From an uncultured Solirubrobacteraceae bacterium (GTDB taxonomy: Bacteria > Actinomycetota > Thermoleophilia > Solirubrobacterales > Solirubrobacteraceae), in contig CAWDYI010000005.1 of the NCBI GenBank assembly GCA_963806395.1, positions 242,288-306,287 of the forward strand: a stretch of 64,000 nt of DNA, read 5' to 3'. Below, piece by piece: positions 53,273-61,314 of this stretch (the stretch's first letter is position 1; the number at the start of each line of letters is the position of its first letter). The position numbers and the translations under genes are program-made. The notes beneath the pieces are model-generated. The model was given only the letters and a program-made list of their open reading frames with translations. It searched no databases and was not told the DNA's origin.

Positions 53273-55510
53273 CTACGCCGCCCGAGCCCGAACCGCACGC
53301 ACCGCCGCCATCATGTTCTCGAGCGCAGGCATGGCCTCCTCCCAGCGGCGTGTCTTGAGGCCGCAGTCTGGGTTGACCCACAGGCGCGCACGCCCGACCG
53401 CCGCTTCGGCGCGCCGAAGCAACTTCTCGATCTCCGCCGCCGACGGCACGCGCGGGGAGTGGATGTCGTACACGCCCGGGCCGATGTCGTTCGCGTAGTC
53501 GGGCACGTCCATGTCCGACCGCGACGCCTCGATCGACAGCACGTCGGCGTCGAGCCGGGCGATGTGCTCGCCGAAGTCGCCGAACTCCGAGTAACACATG
53601 TGCGTGTGCATCTGGGTGTCGTCGCGGACGGGCGCGATCGCGAGCCGGAAGCAGTCGACGGCCCAGCGCTCGTACTCGGCCTGGTCGGCGCGCCGCAGCG
53701 GCAGCCCTTCGCGCAGGGCCGCCTCGTCGACCTGGATCGCGAACGCGCCGGCGCGCTCGAGGTCGAGCACCTCGTCGCGGATCGCCAGCGCGATCTGGGT
53801 GCAGGTGTCCCGGCGCGGCTGGTCGTCGCGTACGAACGACCACTGCAGGATCGTCACCGGCCCGGTCAGCATCCCCTTCACCGGCTTGTCGGAGAGTCCC
53901 TGCGCGTACTGCCACCAGCGCACGGTCATCGGGCCGGGGCGGGAGACGTCGCCGTAGATGATCGGCGGCTTCACGCAGCGGCTGCCGTAGGACTGCACCC
54001 ACCCGTTGGCCGTGAACGCGAACCCCTCCAGCTGCTGGCCGAAGTACTCGACCATGTCGTTGCGCTCAGCCTCGCCGTGGACGAGCACGTCGAGGCCGAG
54101 CCGCTCCTGGATCGCGATCGTCTCCGCGATCTGCTCGCGGATGAACGATTCGTAGCCGTCCTCGTCGAGCGCGCCCGCGCGCAGGTCGCGCCGCGCGGCG
54201 CGGATCTCGGCGGTCTGCGGGAACGAGCCGATCGTCGTCGTCGGGAGGTCGGGCAGCGGCACCCGTGCGCGCTGGCGCTCGCGGCGCTCGGCGGCCGGCG
54301 CGGCGCGGGCGTAGTCGGCAGGCCCGAGCGCGGCCACGCGCTCGCGCACCGCCGGGTCATTGGTGCGGGTCGACGTGCGCCGCGTGGCGATCGACTCACG
54401 CCGCGTGGCCAGGCACGCGTCCCTGATCTCCGGCGGCGCCGCGAGCGCGCGCAGCCCGGCGAGCTTCTCGTAGGCGAACGCAAGCCACCTGCGCACCTCG
54501 GGGTCGATCCCCGTCTCGCGCGCCGCCTCGTACGGCACGTGCATCAGCGAGCACGACGGCGCGATCGTCACGCGCGCGTCGCCGAGCGCGTCGGCCGCGA
54601 CGCCGATCTGCCCGAGCGCGCGGTCGGGGTCGGTCAGCCACACGTTGCGGCCGTCGACGATGCCGAGCGAGAGCCGCGCCGTCCGGCCGGCCAGCGCGTC
54701 GAGCGCCGGCGCGAGCTGCTCCGGCGCGCGAATCAGGTCGAGGTGGAACTCGGCAACGGGCAGCGCCAGCACCTGGTCGAGCGCGTCGCCGAGGCCGGCG
54801 AAGTACGTCGCCAGGCACAGCTCGGCGTCGCTCGCCCCGGCCAGCGCGGTGACGGCGCCGGCGATCGCGTCGAGCTCCGCCGGCGTGCGGTCGAGCACCA
54901 GGCACGGCTCGTCGAGCTGCACCTCGCGCGCTCCGGCCGCGGTCAGCTCACGCAGCAACTGCTCGTAGACCGGCACGAGCGCGTCGAGCAGGTCGAGCGG
55001 GCGGTCGAGCCCCTTGGAGAGCAGCAGGAAGCTCGCCGGCCCGAGCACCACGGGTCGCGTCTCGATGCCGAGCGCCGCAGCCTCGCGCAGCGGCTCGAGC
55101 CAGTGGCCGGCGCGCAGCCGGAAGGCCTGGCCCGGTTCCAGCTCCGGCACGAGATGGTGGTAGTTCGTGTCGAACCACTTCGTCATCTCCAGCGGGTGCG
55201 CACTCGCGGTCCCGCGCGCCATCGCGAAGTAGGCGTCGAGACCGTCGGCGTCCGGCCCGCCGAAGCGCTCCGGGATCGCCCCGACCGCCCACGCGGTGTC
55301 GAGGACGTGGTCGTAGAGGCTGAAGTCGCCCGACGGGATGACGTCGATGCCGGTGTCACGCGCCCGCTCCCAGCCCGTCGCCCGTACGGCGCGGGCGGTG
55401 CCGAGCAGGTCGTCGGCCGGGGCGCGGCCGGCCCAGTGATCCTCGAGCGCCACCTTCAGCTCTCGGTCCGGGCCGATCCGTCCTAGCCCAAGGACCGCCG
55501 TGCGTGCCAT
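53273..55510 (-). CDS. metE: cobalamin-independent methionine synthase (5-methyltetrahydropteroyltriglutamate-homocysteine S-methyltransferase)
   Basis: 745 aa from ATG 55510, inside track ORF 53273..55678. Supporting segments: LEMTKWFDTNYHHLVPE, TTTIGSFPQT, HGEAERNDMVEYFG, KGMLTGPVTILQWSF, HTHMCYSEF, DIHSPRVPS and NPDCGLKTR. Confidence 0.95.
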   Translation of the reverse strand: MARTAVLGLGRIGPDRELKVALEDHWAGRAPADDLLGTARAVRATGWERARDTGIDVIPSGDFSLYDHVLDTAWAVGAIPERFGGPDADGLDAYFAMARGTASAHPLEMTKWFDTNYHHLVPELEPGQAFRLRAGHWLEPLREAAALGIETRPVVLGPASFLLLSKGLDRPLDLLDALVPVYEQLLRELTAAGAREVQLDEPCLVLDRTPAELDAIAGAVTALAGASDAELCLATYFAGLGDALDQVLALPVAEFHLDLIRAPEQLAPALDALAGRTARLSLGIVDGRNVWLTDPDRALGQIGVAADALGDARVTIAPSCSLMHVPYEAARETGIDPEVRRWLAFAYEKLAGLRALAAPPEIRDACLATRRESIATRRTSTRTNDPAVRERVAALGPADYARAAPAAERRERQRARVPLPDLPTTTIGSFPQTAEIRAARRDLRAGALDEDGYESFIREQIAETIAIQERLGLDVLVHGEAERNDMVEYFGQQLEGFAFTANGWVQSYGSRCVKPPIIYGDVSRPGPMTVRWWQYAQGLSDKPVKGMLTGPVTILQWSFVRDDQPRRDTCTQIALAIRDEVLDLERAGAFAIQVDEAALREGLPLRRADQAEYERWAVDCFRLAIAPVRDDTQMHTHMCYSEFGDFGEHIARLDADVLSIEASRSDMDVPDYANDIGPGVYDIHSPRVPSAAEIEKLLRRAEAAVGRARLWVNPDCGLKTRRWEEAMPALENMMAAVRAVRARAA

Positions 55511-55589
55511 GGGGATGTACTCCGTTCTGCCGTGCGGCCTGGTCGCGAGACCGCGGTTGTCGGACCTCCGCCTGTATCGCGGGCGGAGC

Positions 55590-55781
55590 GGTGTCGACAG
55601 GTCTTCGGGCTCAGATGCGATCCGGGGCGGCCGCCTTCCCGGGCGCGCTGCCCAGTGGCGTTCGGTCGTCCCGCGCATCTCTACCGCTGCGCGTCAGCTC
55701 CGGATTTCGAACCGGATTCCCTGGCCCTCTGTCGGGCGCGATCGACTCCTGCCGCGAATCGTACCGGCCAGGCCTCGCACC
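55590..55781 (-). promoter_or_regulatory. cobalamin (B12) riboswitch in the metE leader
   Basis: The minus-strand leader reads GGTGCGAGG...AGAGGGCCAGGGAATCCGGTTCGAAATCCGGAGCTGACGCGCAGCGGTAG...GCCACTGGGCAGCGCGCCCGGGAAGGCGG...GAGCCCGAAGACCTGTCGACAC. It carries all the hallmark blocks: GGGAA, CCGGT.GAAATCCGG, GCCACTG, GGGAAGGC and a B12 box. A hairpin CTCCGCC...GGCGGAG follows before the RBS. Confidence 0.88.
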
Positions 55782-55916
55782 ATTGAGTTCAGATGTTGTG
55801 AGGGTTTATTCGGCGCGAAGACAAACAAAAGCGATTTTTCGCCGAAAGTGGCCGGATAACCATTAGGTTAGTTCGGGCTGTTGACAAACGGACCCGGATC
55901 GGATCGGATAGCGCCG

Positions 55917-57125
55917 ATGGCCTCAGGTCGAGCCGGGTCTCTCGAATCTCTGCGTCGCCTCAATCGCCTGCGCGTGATCCACGCGCTACGCGATCAGGGG
56001 TTGATCTCCCGTGCCGAGATCGCCCGGCGCACCGGACTCTCGCGTTCGACCGTCTCGAGCCTCGTGTCAGATCTCCAGGCGGACGGGCTGGTCGTGGAGC
56101 GCGCGGAGCACGGCGCGGCCTTCGGCACCCAGGGCGGGCGCCCACCGATCCTGCTGTCGTTCGACTCCTCGGCGGGAGCCGCCGTCGGCATCGACTTCGG
56201 TCACAGCCACCTGCGCGTGGCGATCTCGGATCTCTCGTCGCGGATCCTGGCCGAGCGCGCGCTGCCGCTGGACACCGATCACGCCGCCGAGGAGGGCCTC
56301 GACGCCGCCGCCGACCTGGTCATCGAGCTGCTGGCCGAGGCCGGCGTCGACCGCGGCCAGGTGATCGGCGCCGGCATGGGCCTGCCGGGCCCGATCCGCC
56401 AGGAGGATGGCGTGGTCGGCTCGTCGGCGATCCTGCCGGGCTGGGTCGGCGTGCCGGCAGTGGCGGAGATGCGCCACCGGCTCGATATCCCGATCCTGGT
56501 CGACAACGACGCGAACCTCGGCGCCCTCGCCGAGGCCGCGTTCGGGGCCGCACGCGATGCGAGCGACCTCGTGTACCTGAAGGTCGCGTCAGGGATCGGC
56601 GCCGGCCTCATCCTCAACGGCCGTCTGTACCGCGGCAGCTCGGGCTTGGCCGGCGAGCTCGGGCACCTGCTGGTGGACCCCGAGGGCGTGGTGTGCCGGT
56701 GCGGGAACCGTGGTTGCCTCGAGACGCTGGCGGCCACGGGTGCGCTCGTCGAGCTGCTGCGGCGCAGCCACGGCGAGCACGTGACGGTGACGGACATGCT
56801 CGAGCTCGCCCACCGTGGCGATCTCGGCTGCCGCCGCGTGATCGCCGATGCCGGCCGAGCGATCGGCCAGGCCGTATCGATGTTGTTGAACGTGCTCAAC
56901 CCCGAGCTGCTCGTGGTCGGAGGAGACCTCGCGGCAGCCGGTGACCTGCTGCTCGACGGCGTGCGCGAGTCGATCGCGCTGTCCGCCCTTCCCTCGGCCG
57001 CTGAGGCGGCCGGGGTGGTGGCCGGCGTGCTCGGCGACCGGGCGCAGGTCCTGGGCGCGATCGCCCTCGTGGTCAGCGAGGCGGATCGCGCCTTTCCCAC
57101 GCGTCTCGCGGCGGAGGCGAGATGA
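55917..57125 (+). CDS. ROK family transcriptional regulator
   Basis: 402 aa from ATG 55917 (the track ORF starts at TTG 55881). HTH: LNRLRVIHALRDQGLISRAEIARRTGLSRSTVSSLVSDLQADGLV. ROK core: GIDFGHSHLRVA ... GELGH ... CRCGNRGCLET. Confidence 0.9.
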   Translation: MASGRAGSLESLRRLNRLRVIHALRDQGLISRAEIARRTGLSRSTVSSLVSDLQADGLVVERAEHGAAFGTQGGRPPILLSFDSSAGAAVGIDFGHSHLRVAISDLSSRILAERALPLDTDHAAEEGLDAAADLVIELLAEAGVDRGQVIGAGMGLPGPIRQEDGVVGSSAILPGWVGVPAVAEMRHRLDIPILVDNDANLGALAEAAFGAARDASDLVYLKVASGIGAGLILNGRLYRGSSGLAGELGHLLVDPEGVVCRCGNRGCLETLAATGALVELLRRSHGEHVTVTDMLELAHRGDLGCRRVIADAGRAIGQAVSMLLNVLNPELLVVGGDLAAAGDLLLDGVRESIALSALPSAAEAAGVVAGVLGDRAQVLGAIALVVSEADRAFPTRLAAEAR

Positions 57126-57160
57126 AAGACCCCATCACCAAAACCAGGAGGAGGAGACCC

Positions 57161-58258
57161 ATGCGGAATCGTGCATGGAGGATCGCGGCGGTGCTGGCTG
57201 CCGGCGGAGCGCTTGCGCTTGCCGGCTGCGGCGACGACGAAGCAGACGGAGGTGGCGCTGCCAGCGACAGCGGCGACAAGGCGGCCGGCAAGGTGGCTGT
57301 GCTGCTGCCGGACTCCAAGTCGTCTGTTCGCTGGGAGACGGTCGACCGGCCGTTCCTGAAGGAGGCGTTCGACGCCGCCGGCATCGAGTCTGAAATCCAG
57401 AACGCCGAGGGCGACAAGGCGACGCAGCAGCAGCAGGCCGAGCAGGCGATCACCAACGGCGCCAAGGTGCTGTTGCTGGTCAACCTCGACTCGGGCTCCG
57501 GCGCGGCGATCGCCGCCAACGCCAAGAGCCAGGACGTCGCGGTCATCGACTACGACCGCCTGACGCTCAACGGCGACTCGGACTACTACGTGTCGTTCGA
57601 CAACGAAGCGGTCGGCAAGCTCCAGGGCGAGGGCCTCGTGGGCTGTCTCGAGGGCAAGACCAAGCCCGCCGTGGCAGTGCTCAACGGCTCGCCGACGGAC
57701 AACAACGCGACGCTGTTCAAGAACGGCTACGACGGCGTCATCAACCCGCTGTTCGACTCGGGCGACTGGACCGAGGTCGACGATCAGGCGGTGCCGGACT
57801 GGGACAACCAGAAGGCGCTGACGATCTTCGAGCAGATGCTCCAGAAGGCCAACAACAAGATCGACGGCGTGCTGGCGGCCAACGACGGCCTCGGCAACGC
57901 GGCGATCTCGGCGATCAAGCAGCGCAAGCTGCCGCAGATCCCCGTCACCGGTCAGGACGCGACGCTGCAGGGGATCCAGAACATCGTCAACGGCGATCAG
58001 TGCATGACCGTCTACAAGGCGATCAAGAAGGAGGCCGACGCGGCCGCCAAGCTGGCGATCGCGCTCGTCAACGGCGAGACGCCGGAAGCGCCGGACAGCG
58101 TCAACAACGGCACGAAGGACGTCCCGTCCATCTTCGAGGAGCCGGTTGCGGTCACCAAGGACAACATCGGTGAGTACCTCGGTGAGCCGGACTTCCCGAA
58201 GAAGGAAGAGATCTGCGCCGGCAAGCTCGCGGCGAAGTGCACGGAGCTCGGGCTCTAG
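57161..58258 (+). CDS. sugar ABC transporter substrate-binding lipoprotein (xylose/ribose-type, PBP1)
   Basis: 365 aa from ATG 57161, after an AGGAGGAGGAG RBS. Lipobox LALAGCG. Supporting segments: KVAVLLPDSKSSVRWE, VIDYDRL and VTGQDATLQGIQNIVNGDQCMTVYK. Confidence 0.88.
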   Translation: MRNRAWRIAAVLAAGGALALAGCGDDEADGGGAASDSGDKAAGKVAVLLPDSKSSVRWETVDRPFLKEAFDAAGIESEIQNAEGDKATQQQQAEQAITNGAKVLLLVNLDSGSGAAIAANAKSQDVAVIDYDRLTLNGDSDYYVSFDNEAVGKLQGEGLVGCLEGKTKPAVAVLNGSPTDNNATLFKNGYDGVINPLFDSGDWTEVDDQAVPDWDNQKALTIFEQMLQKANNKIDGVLAANDGLGNAAISAIKQRKLPQIPVTGQDATLQGIQNIVNGDQCMTVYKAIKKEADAAAKLAIALVNGETPEAPDSVNNGTKDVPSIFEEPVAVTKDNIGEYLGEPDFPKKEEICAGKLAAKCTELGL

Positions 58259-58266
58259 GAGAGAAT

Positions 58267-58300
58267 GGGGGACCCGCGCCGTTGCGGGTCCCCCGTTTTC
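58267..58300 (+). terminator. strong hairpin plus T-run between the binding-protein and ATPase genes (attenuating intra-operon terminator)
   Basis: GGGGGACCCGC-GCCGTT-GCGGGTCCCCC (11-bp perfect stem) followed by GTTTTC. Confidence 0.65.
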
Positions 58301-58318
58301 ATTGAGGAGGAAACTGAT

Positions 58319-59095
58319 TTGAGCGACGTTCCGATCCTGGAGCTGCGCGGGGTCTCGAAGAGCTTCGGCGCGGTGCAGGCCCTCTACCAGGTGGACTTCC
58401 ACGTCTCGCCCGGCGAGGTCATGGCCCTCGTGGGCGACAACGGCGCGGGCAAATCCACGCTGATCAAGTGCATCGCCGGGATCTACCCGTTCGACGAGGG
58501 CGAGGTGGTCTTCAACGGCGAGAAGGTCAACATCCACGGCCCGAAGGACGCTGCGCGGCTGGGGATCGAGGTCGTCTACCAGGACCTCGCGCTGGCCGAC
58601 AACCTCGACGTCGTGCAGAACATGTTCCTCGGGCGCGAGGAGGTCGACCCGCTGCGGCGGCTGAACGAGACGTCGATGGAGGCGAAGGCGAAGGAGACGC
58701 TTGCCAGCCTCTCTGTGACGACGCTGCGGTCGGTGCGCCAGACCGTCGCCGGGCTGTCGGGTGGCCAGCGCCAGTCGGTGGCGGTCGCCAAGGCCGTGAT
58801 GTGGAACTCGAAGGTCGTGATCCTCGACGAGCCGACGGCCGCGCTCGGCGTGGCCCAGACCCGTCAGGTGCTCGACCTGGTGGCCCGCCTGGGCGAGCAG
58901 GGGCTCGCGGTGATCCTGATCTCGCACAACCTGCACGACATCTTCGAGGTCGGCGACTCGATCACCGTGCTGCGGCTGGGCCAGAACGTGGCCGAGTTCA
59001 AGCGCAAGGACACCAACCAGCAGGAGGTCGTCGAGGCGATCACCGCCGGCAAGCTCACGAAGGTTCCGGGGCAGGCCGCGGAGGTGATCGCGTGA
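58319..59095 (+). CDS. sugar ABC transporter ATP-binding protein (single NBD)
   Basis: 258 aa from TTG 58319, 7 nt after GAGGAGG. An ATG at 58265 is an alternative but lies inside the hairpin. Walker A GDNGAGKST, signature LSGGQRQ, Walker B VVILDEPTAALG. Confidence 0.88.
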   Translation: MSDVPILELRGVSKSFGAVQALYQVDFHVSPGEVMALVGDNGAGKSTLIKCIAGIYPFDEGEVVFNGEKVNIHGPKDAARLGIEVVYQDLALADNLDVVQNMFLGREEVDPLRRLNETSMEAKAKETLASLSVTTLRSVRQTVAGLSGGQRQSVAVAKAVMWNSKVVILDEPTAALGVAQTRQVLDLVARLGEQGLAVILISHNLHDIFEVGDSITVLRLGQNVAEFKRKDTNQQEVVEAITAGKLTKVPGQAAEVIA

Positions 59096-60327
59096 GCACC
59101 GTCGCCGCGCCGCCGCCGTCCGCGCCGTCGGCCCCCGCCAAGCAGACCCTCAGCGCCTACGCGCGCGCGTGGTGGGTCGGCGTCCGGTCGGGCGACCTCG
59201 GATCGCTGCCGATCTTCGTCGGCATCATCATCATCGCGGTCGTCTTCCAGGCTCAGAACGACCGCTTCCTCACCGCCGGCAACTTCGTCAACCTGATGGT
59301 CCAGACGGCGCCATACGCGGTGATCGCGATGGGCGTCACGTTTGCGCTGCTGCTCGGGGAGATCGACCTCTCGATCGGCTTCGTGTCCGGCGTCGGCGGC
59401 GTGCTGGTGGCACTGCTCCTCACGCCCGACGGCAACGAGCTGCCGACGTTCGTGGCGATCGCGATCGCGCTCGGCGCCGGTCTGGCGATCGGCACGATGC
59501 ACGGCCTCATCATCACCAAGGTCGGCGTTCCCTCGTTCGTCGTCACGCTCGCGGGCCTGCTGGCCTGGAATGGCGTCGTGCTGCTGCTGATCGGCAGCAA
59601 GGGCACCGTGATCCTCCAGAACGACTTCGTGATCGGGCTCGCGAACGACTTCATGGCGCCGGGGGCGGCATGGGTGCTCGCGATCGTCTGCGTCGTCCTC
59701 TACGCCGCGGTCCAGATCGCCCGCGTGCGATCGCGCAGCAAGGGCGGGCTGGAGACCGACCCTGCGCTGATCGTGGCGCTGCGGATCGCCGGGCTGGGCG
59801 TGGCGCTGGCGATCCTCGTGGCGGTCTCCAACGACGACCGCGGCGTGCCGTACGCGGCGGTCGTGGTCGGCGCCCTGCTCGTGTTCTGGACGTTCGTCCT
59901 GAACCGCACGACGTTCGGGCGTCACGTCTACGCCGTCGGCGGCAACGCCGAGGCGGCGCGGCGCGCGGGCATCAACGTCGACCGGGTGAAGATCCTCTGC
60001 TTCGCGTTCTGCTCGCTGATGGCGGTGCTGGGCGGCATCATCCTCGCCTCGCGCCTGCGGTCGGTCGACACGAACACGGGCGGCGGCACGGCGCTGCTGT
60101 ATCCGATCGCCGCCGCGGTGATCGGCGGCACGTCGCTGTTCGGCGGGCGCGGCACGATGAAGGCCGCCGTACTCGGCGCGATCGTGATGCTCTCGATCGA
60201 CAACGGCCTGGGGCTGCTCGGCCTCTCGTCAGGCACGAAGTTCGTGCTCACCGGCGGCGTGCTGCTGCTGGCGGTCACGGTCGACTCCGTGTCGCGGCGC
60301 GGGCGGGCGCAGTCCGGACGAGCATGA
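59092..60327 (+). CDS. sugar ABC transporter permease (XylH/RbsC-type)
   Basis: 411 aa from GTG 59092 (GTGA overlap), inside track ORF 58468..60327. It is polytopic, with FGRHVYAVGGNAEAARRAGINV and AAVIGGTSLFGGRG. Confidence 0.88.
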   Translation: MSTVAAPPPSAPSAPAKQTLSAYARAWWVGVRSGDLGSLPIFVGIIIIAVVFQAQNDRFLTAGNFVNLMVQTAPYAVIAMGVTFALLLGEIDLSIGFVSGVGGVLVALLLTPDGNELPTFVAIAIALGAGLAIGTMHGLIITKVGVPSFVVTLAGLLAWNGVVLLLIGSKGTVILQNDFVIGLANDFMAPGAAWVLAIVCVVLYAAVQIARVRSRSKGGLETDPALIVALRIAGLGVALAILVAVSNDDRGVPYAAVVVGALLVFWTFVLNRTTFGRHVYAVGGNAEAARRAGINVDRVKILCFAFCSLMAVLGGIILASRLRSVDTNTGGGTALLYPIAAAVIGGTSLFGGRGTMKAAVLGAIVMLSIDNGLGLLGLSSGTKFVLTGGVLLLAVTVDSVSRRGRAQSGRA

Positions 60328-61310
60328 ACGACGGCGATGCGGTGCGGTGGGGGATCCTCTCCACCGCCCGCATCAACGACAAGCTGCTGGCGGGCGCGCG
60401 CGGCGCGGCCGGCGCCCGAGTCGTCGCGGTCGGCTCGCGCGACCGCGCGCGTGGCGAGGAGTTCGCGGCCAGGCACGGCATCGGCCGCGTCCACGGCTCC
60501 TACGAGGACCTGCTCGCCGACCCGGACGTGGAGGCGGTCTACATCCCGCTCCCCAACTCGTTGCACGTGCCGTGGTCGATCCAGGCGCTGGAGGCCGGCA
60601 AGCACGTGCTGTGCGAGAAGCCGCTGACCCGCCGGGCGGCGGAGGCGGAGGCGGCGTTCGACGCCGCCGACCGCTCCGGCCGGCTGCTGATGGAGGCGTT
60701 CATGTGGCGCTACCACCCGCAGACCGAGGCGCTCGTGCGACTGGCCGGCGAGATCGCGCCGCTGCGCGTCGTGCGCACCGCGTTCGGCTTCCCGCTGCCG
60801 CCGGACGACGTCGCCAACGTGCGTCTGCAGGGCTCGCTCGAGGGCGGGGCGCTGATGGACGTGGGGTGCTACTGCGTGAGCGCGCTGCGGCTGCTGGGCG
60901 GCGAGCCCGAGCAGGTGCACGGCGAGCAGGTGGCCGGCGGCGACGGCGTCGACGGCCGCTTCGCCGGCGTGCTGCGGTTCGCGGGCGGCGTGCTCGGCAC
61001 GTTCGACTGCGGCTTCGACGTGCCGCCGCGGAGCGCGATCGAGGTCGTCGGGGAGGGCGGCACGATCGTGTCGTCCGACCCGTGGCACGGGGCCACGCCG
61101 CGGCTGACGCTGGCACGGCCCGGCGAGCCGGCCGAGGCGGTCGCGGTCGAGGCCGCCAACCCCTACCGGCTGGAGGTCGAGGACGTCTCGGCGGCGATCC
61201 GCGCGGGCCGCGCGCCGCGCCTCGGCCGCGAGGACGCGGTCGGCCAGGCGCGGACGATCGAGGCGCTGTACGCGGCGGCTGACACGGGCCGGGCCGTGAC
61301 CCTGGGTTGA
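60324..61310 (+). CDS. Gfo/Idh/MocA family oxidoreductase
   Basis: 328 aa from ATG 60324 (ATGA overlap). VRWGILSTARINDKLL ... AVYIPLPNSLHVPWSIQALEAGKHVLCEKPL. Confidence 0.88.
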   Translation: MNDGDAVRWGILSTARINDKLLAGARGAAGARVVAVGSRDRARGEEFAARHGIGRVHGSYEDLLADPDVEAVYIPLPNSLHVPWSIQALEAGKHVLCEKPLTRRAAEAEAAFDAADRSGRLLMEAFMWRYHPQTEALVRLAGEIAPLRVVRTAFGFPLPPDDVANVRLQGSLEGGALMDVGCYCVSALRLLGGEPEQVHGEQVAGGDGVDGRFAGVLRFAGGVLGTFDCGFDVPPRSAIEVVGEGGTIVSSDPWHGATPRLTLARPGEPAEAVAVEAANPYRLEVEDVSAAIRAGRAPRLGREDAVGQARTIEALYAAADTGRAVTLG

Positions 61311-61314
61311 GGCA

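Noticed and set aside
55881-55916. TTG 55881 as the start of the ROK regulator
   Set aside because: The extension MTNGPGSDRIAP has no counterpart in ROK proteins. The TTG is part of a TTGACA hexamer that is better read as a -35 candidate. ATG 55917 is preferred.
56279-58936. 885-aa minus-strand ORF
   Set aside because: It lies antisense to the ROK, binding-protein and ATPase genes, all of which have unmistakable family motifs. It is a shadow ORF.
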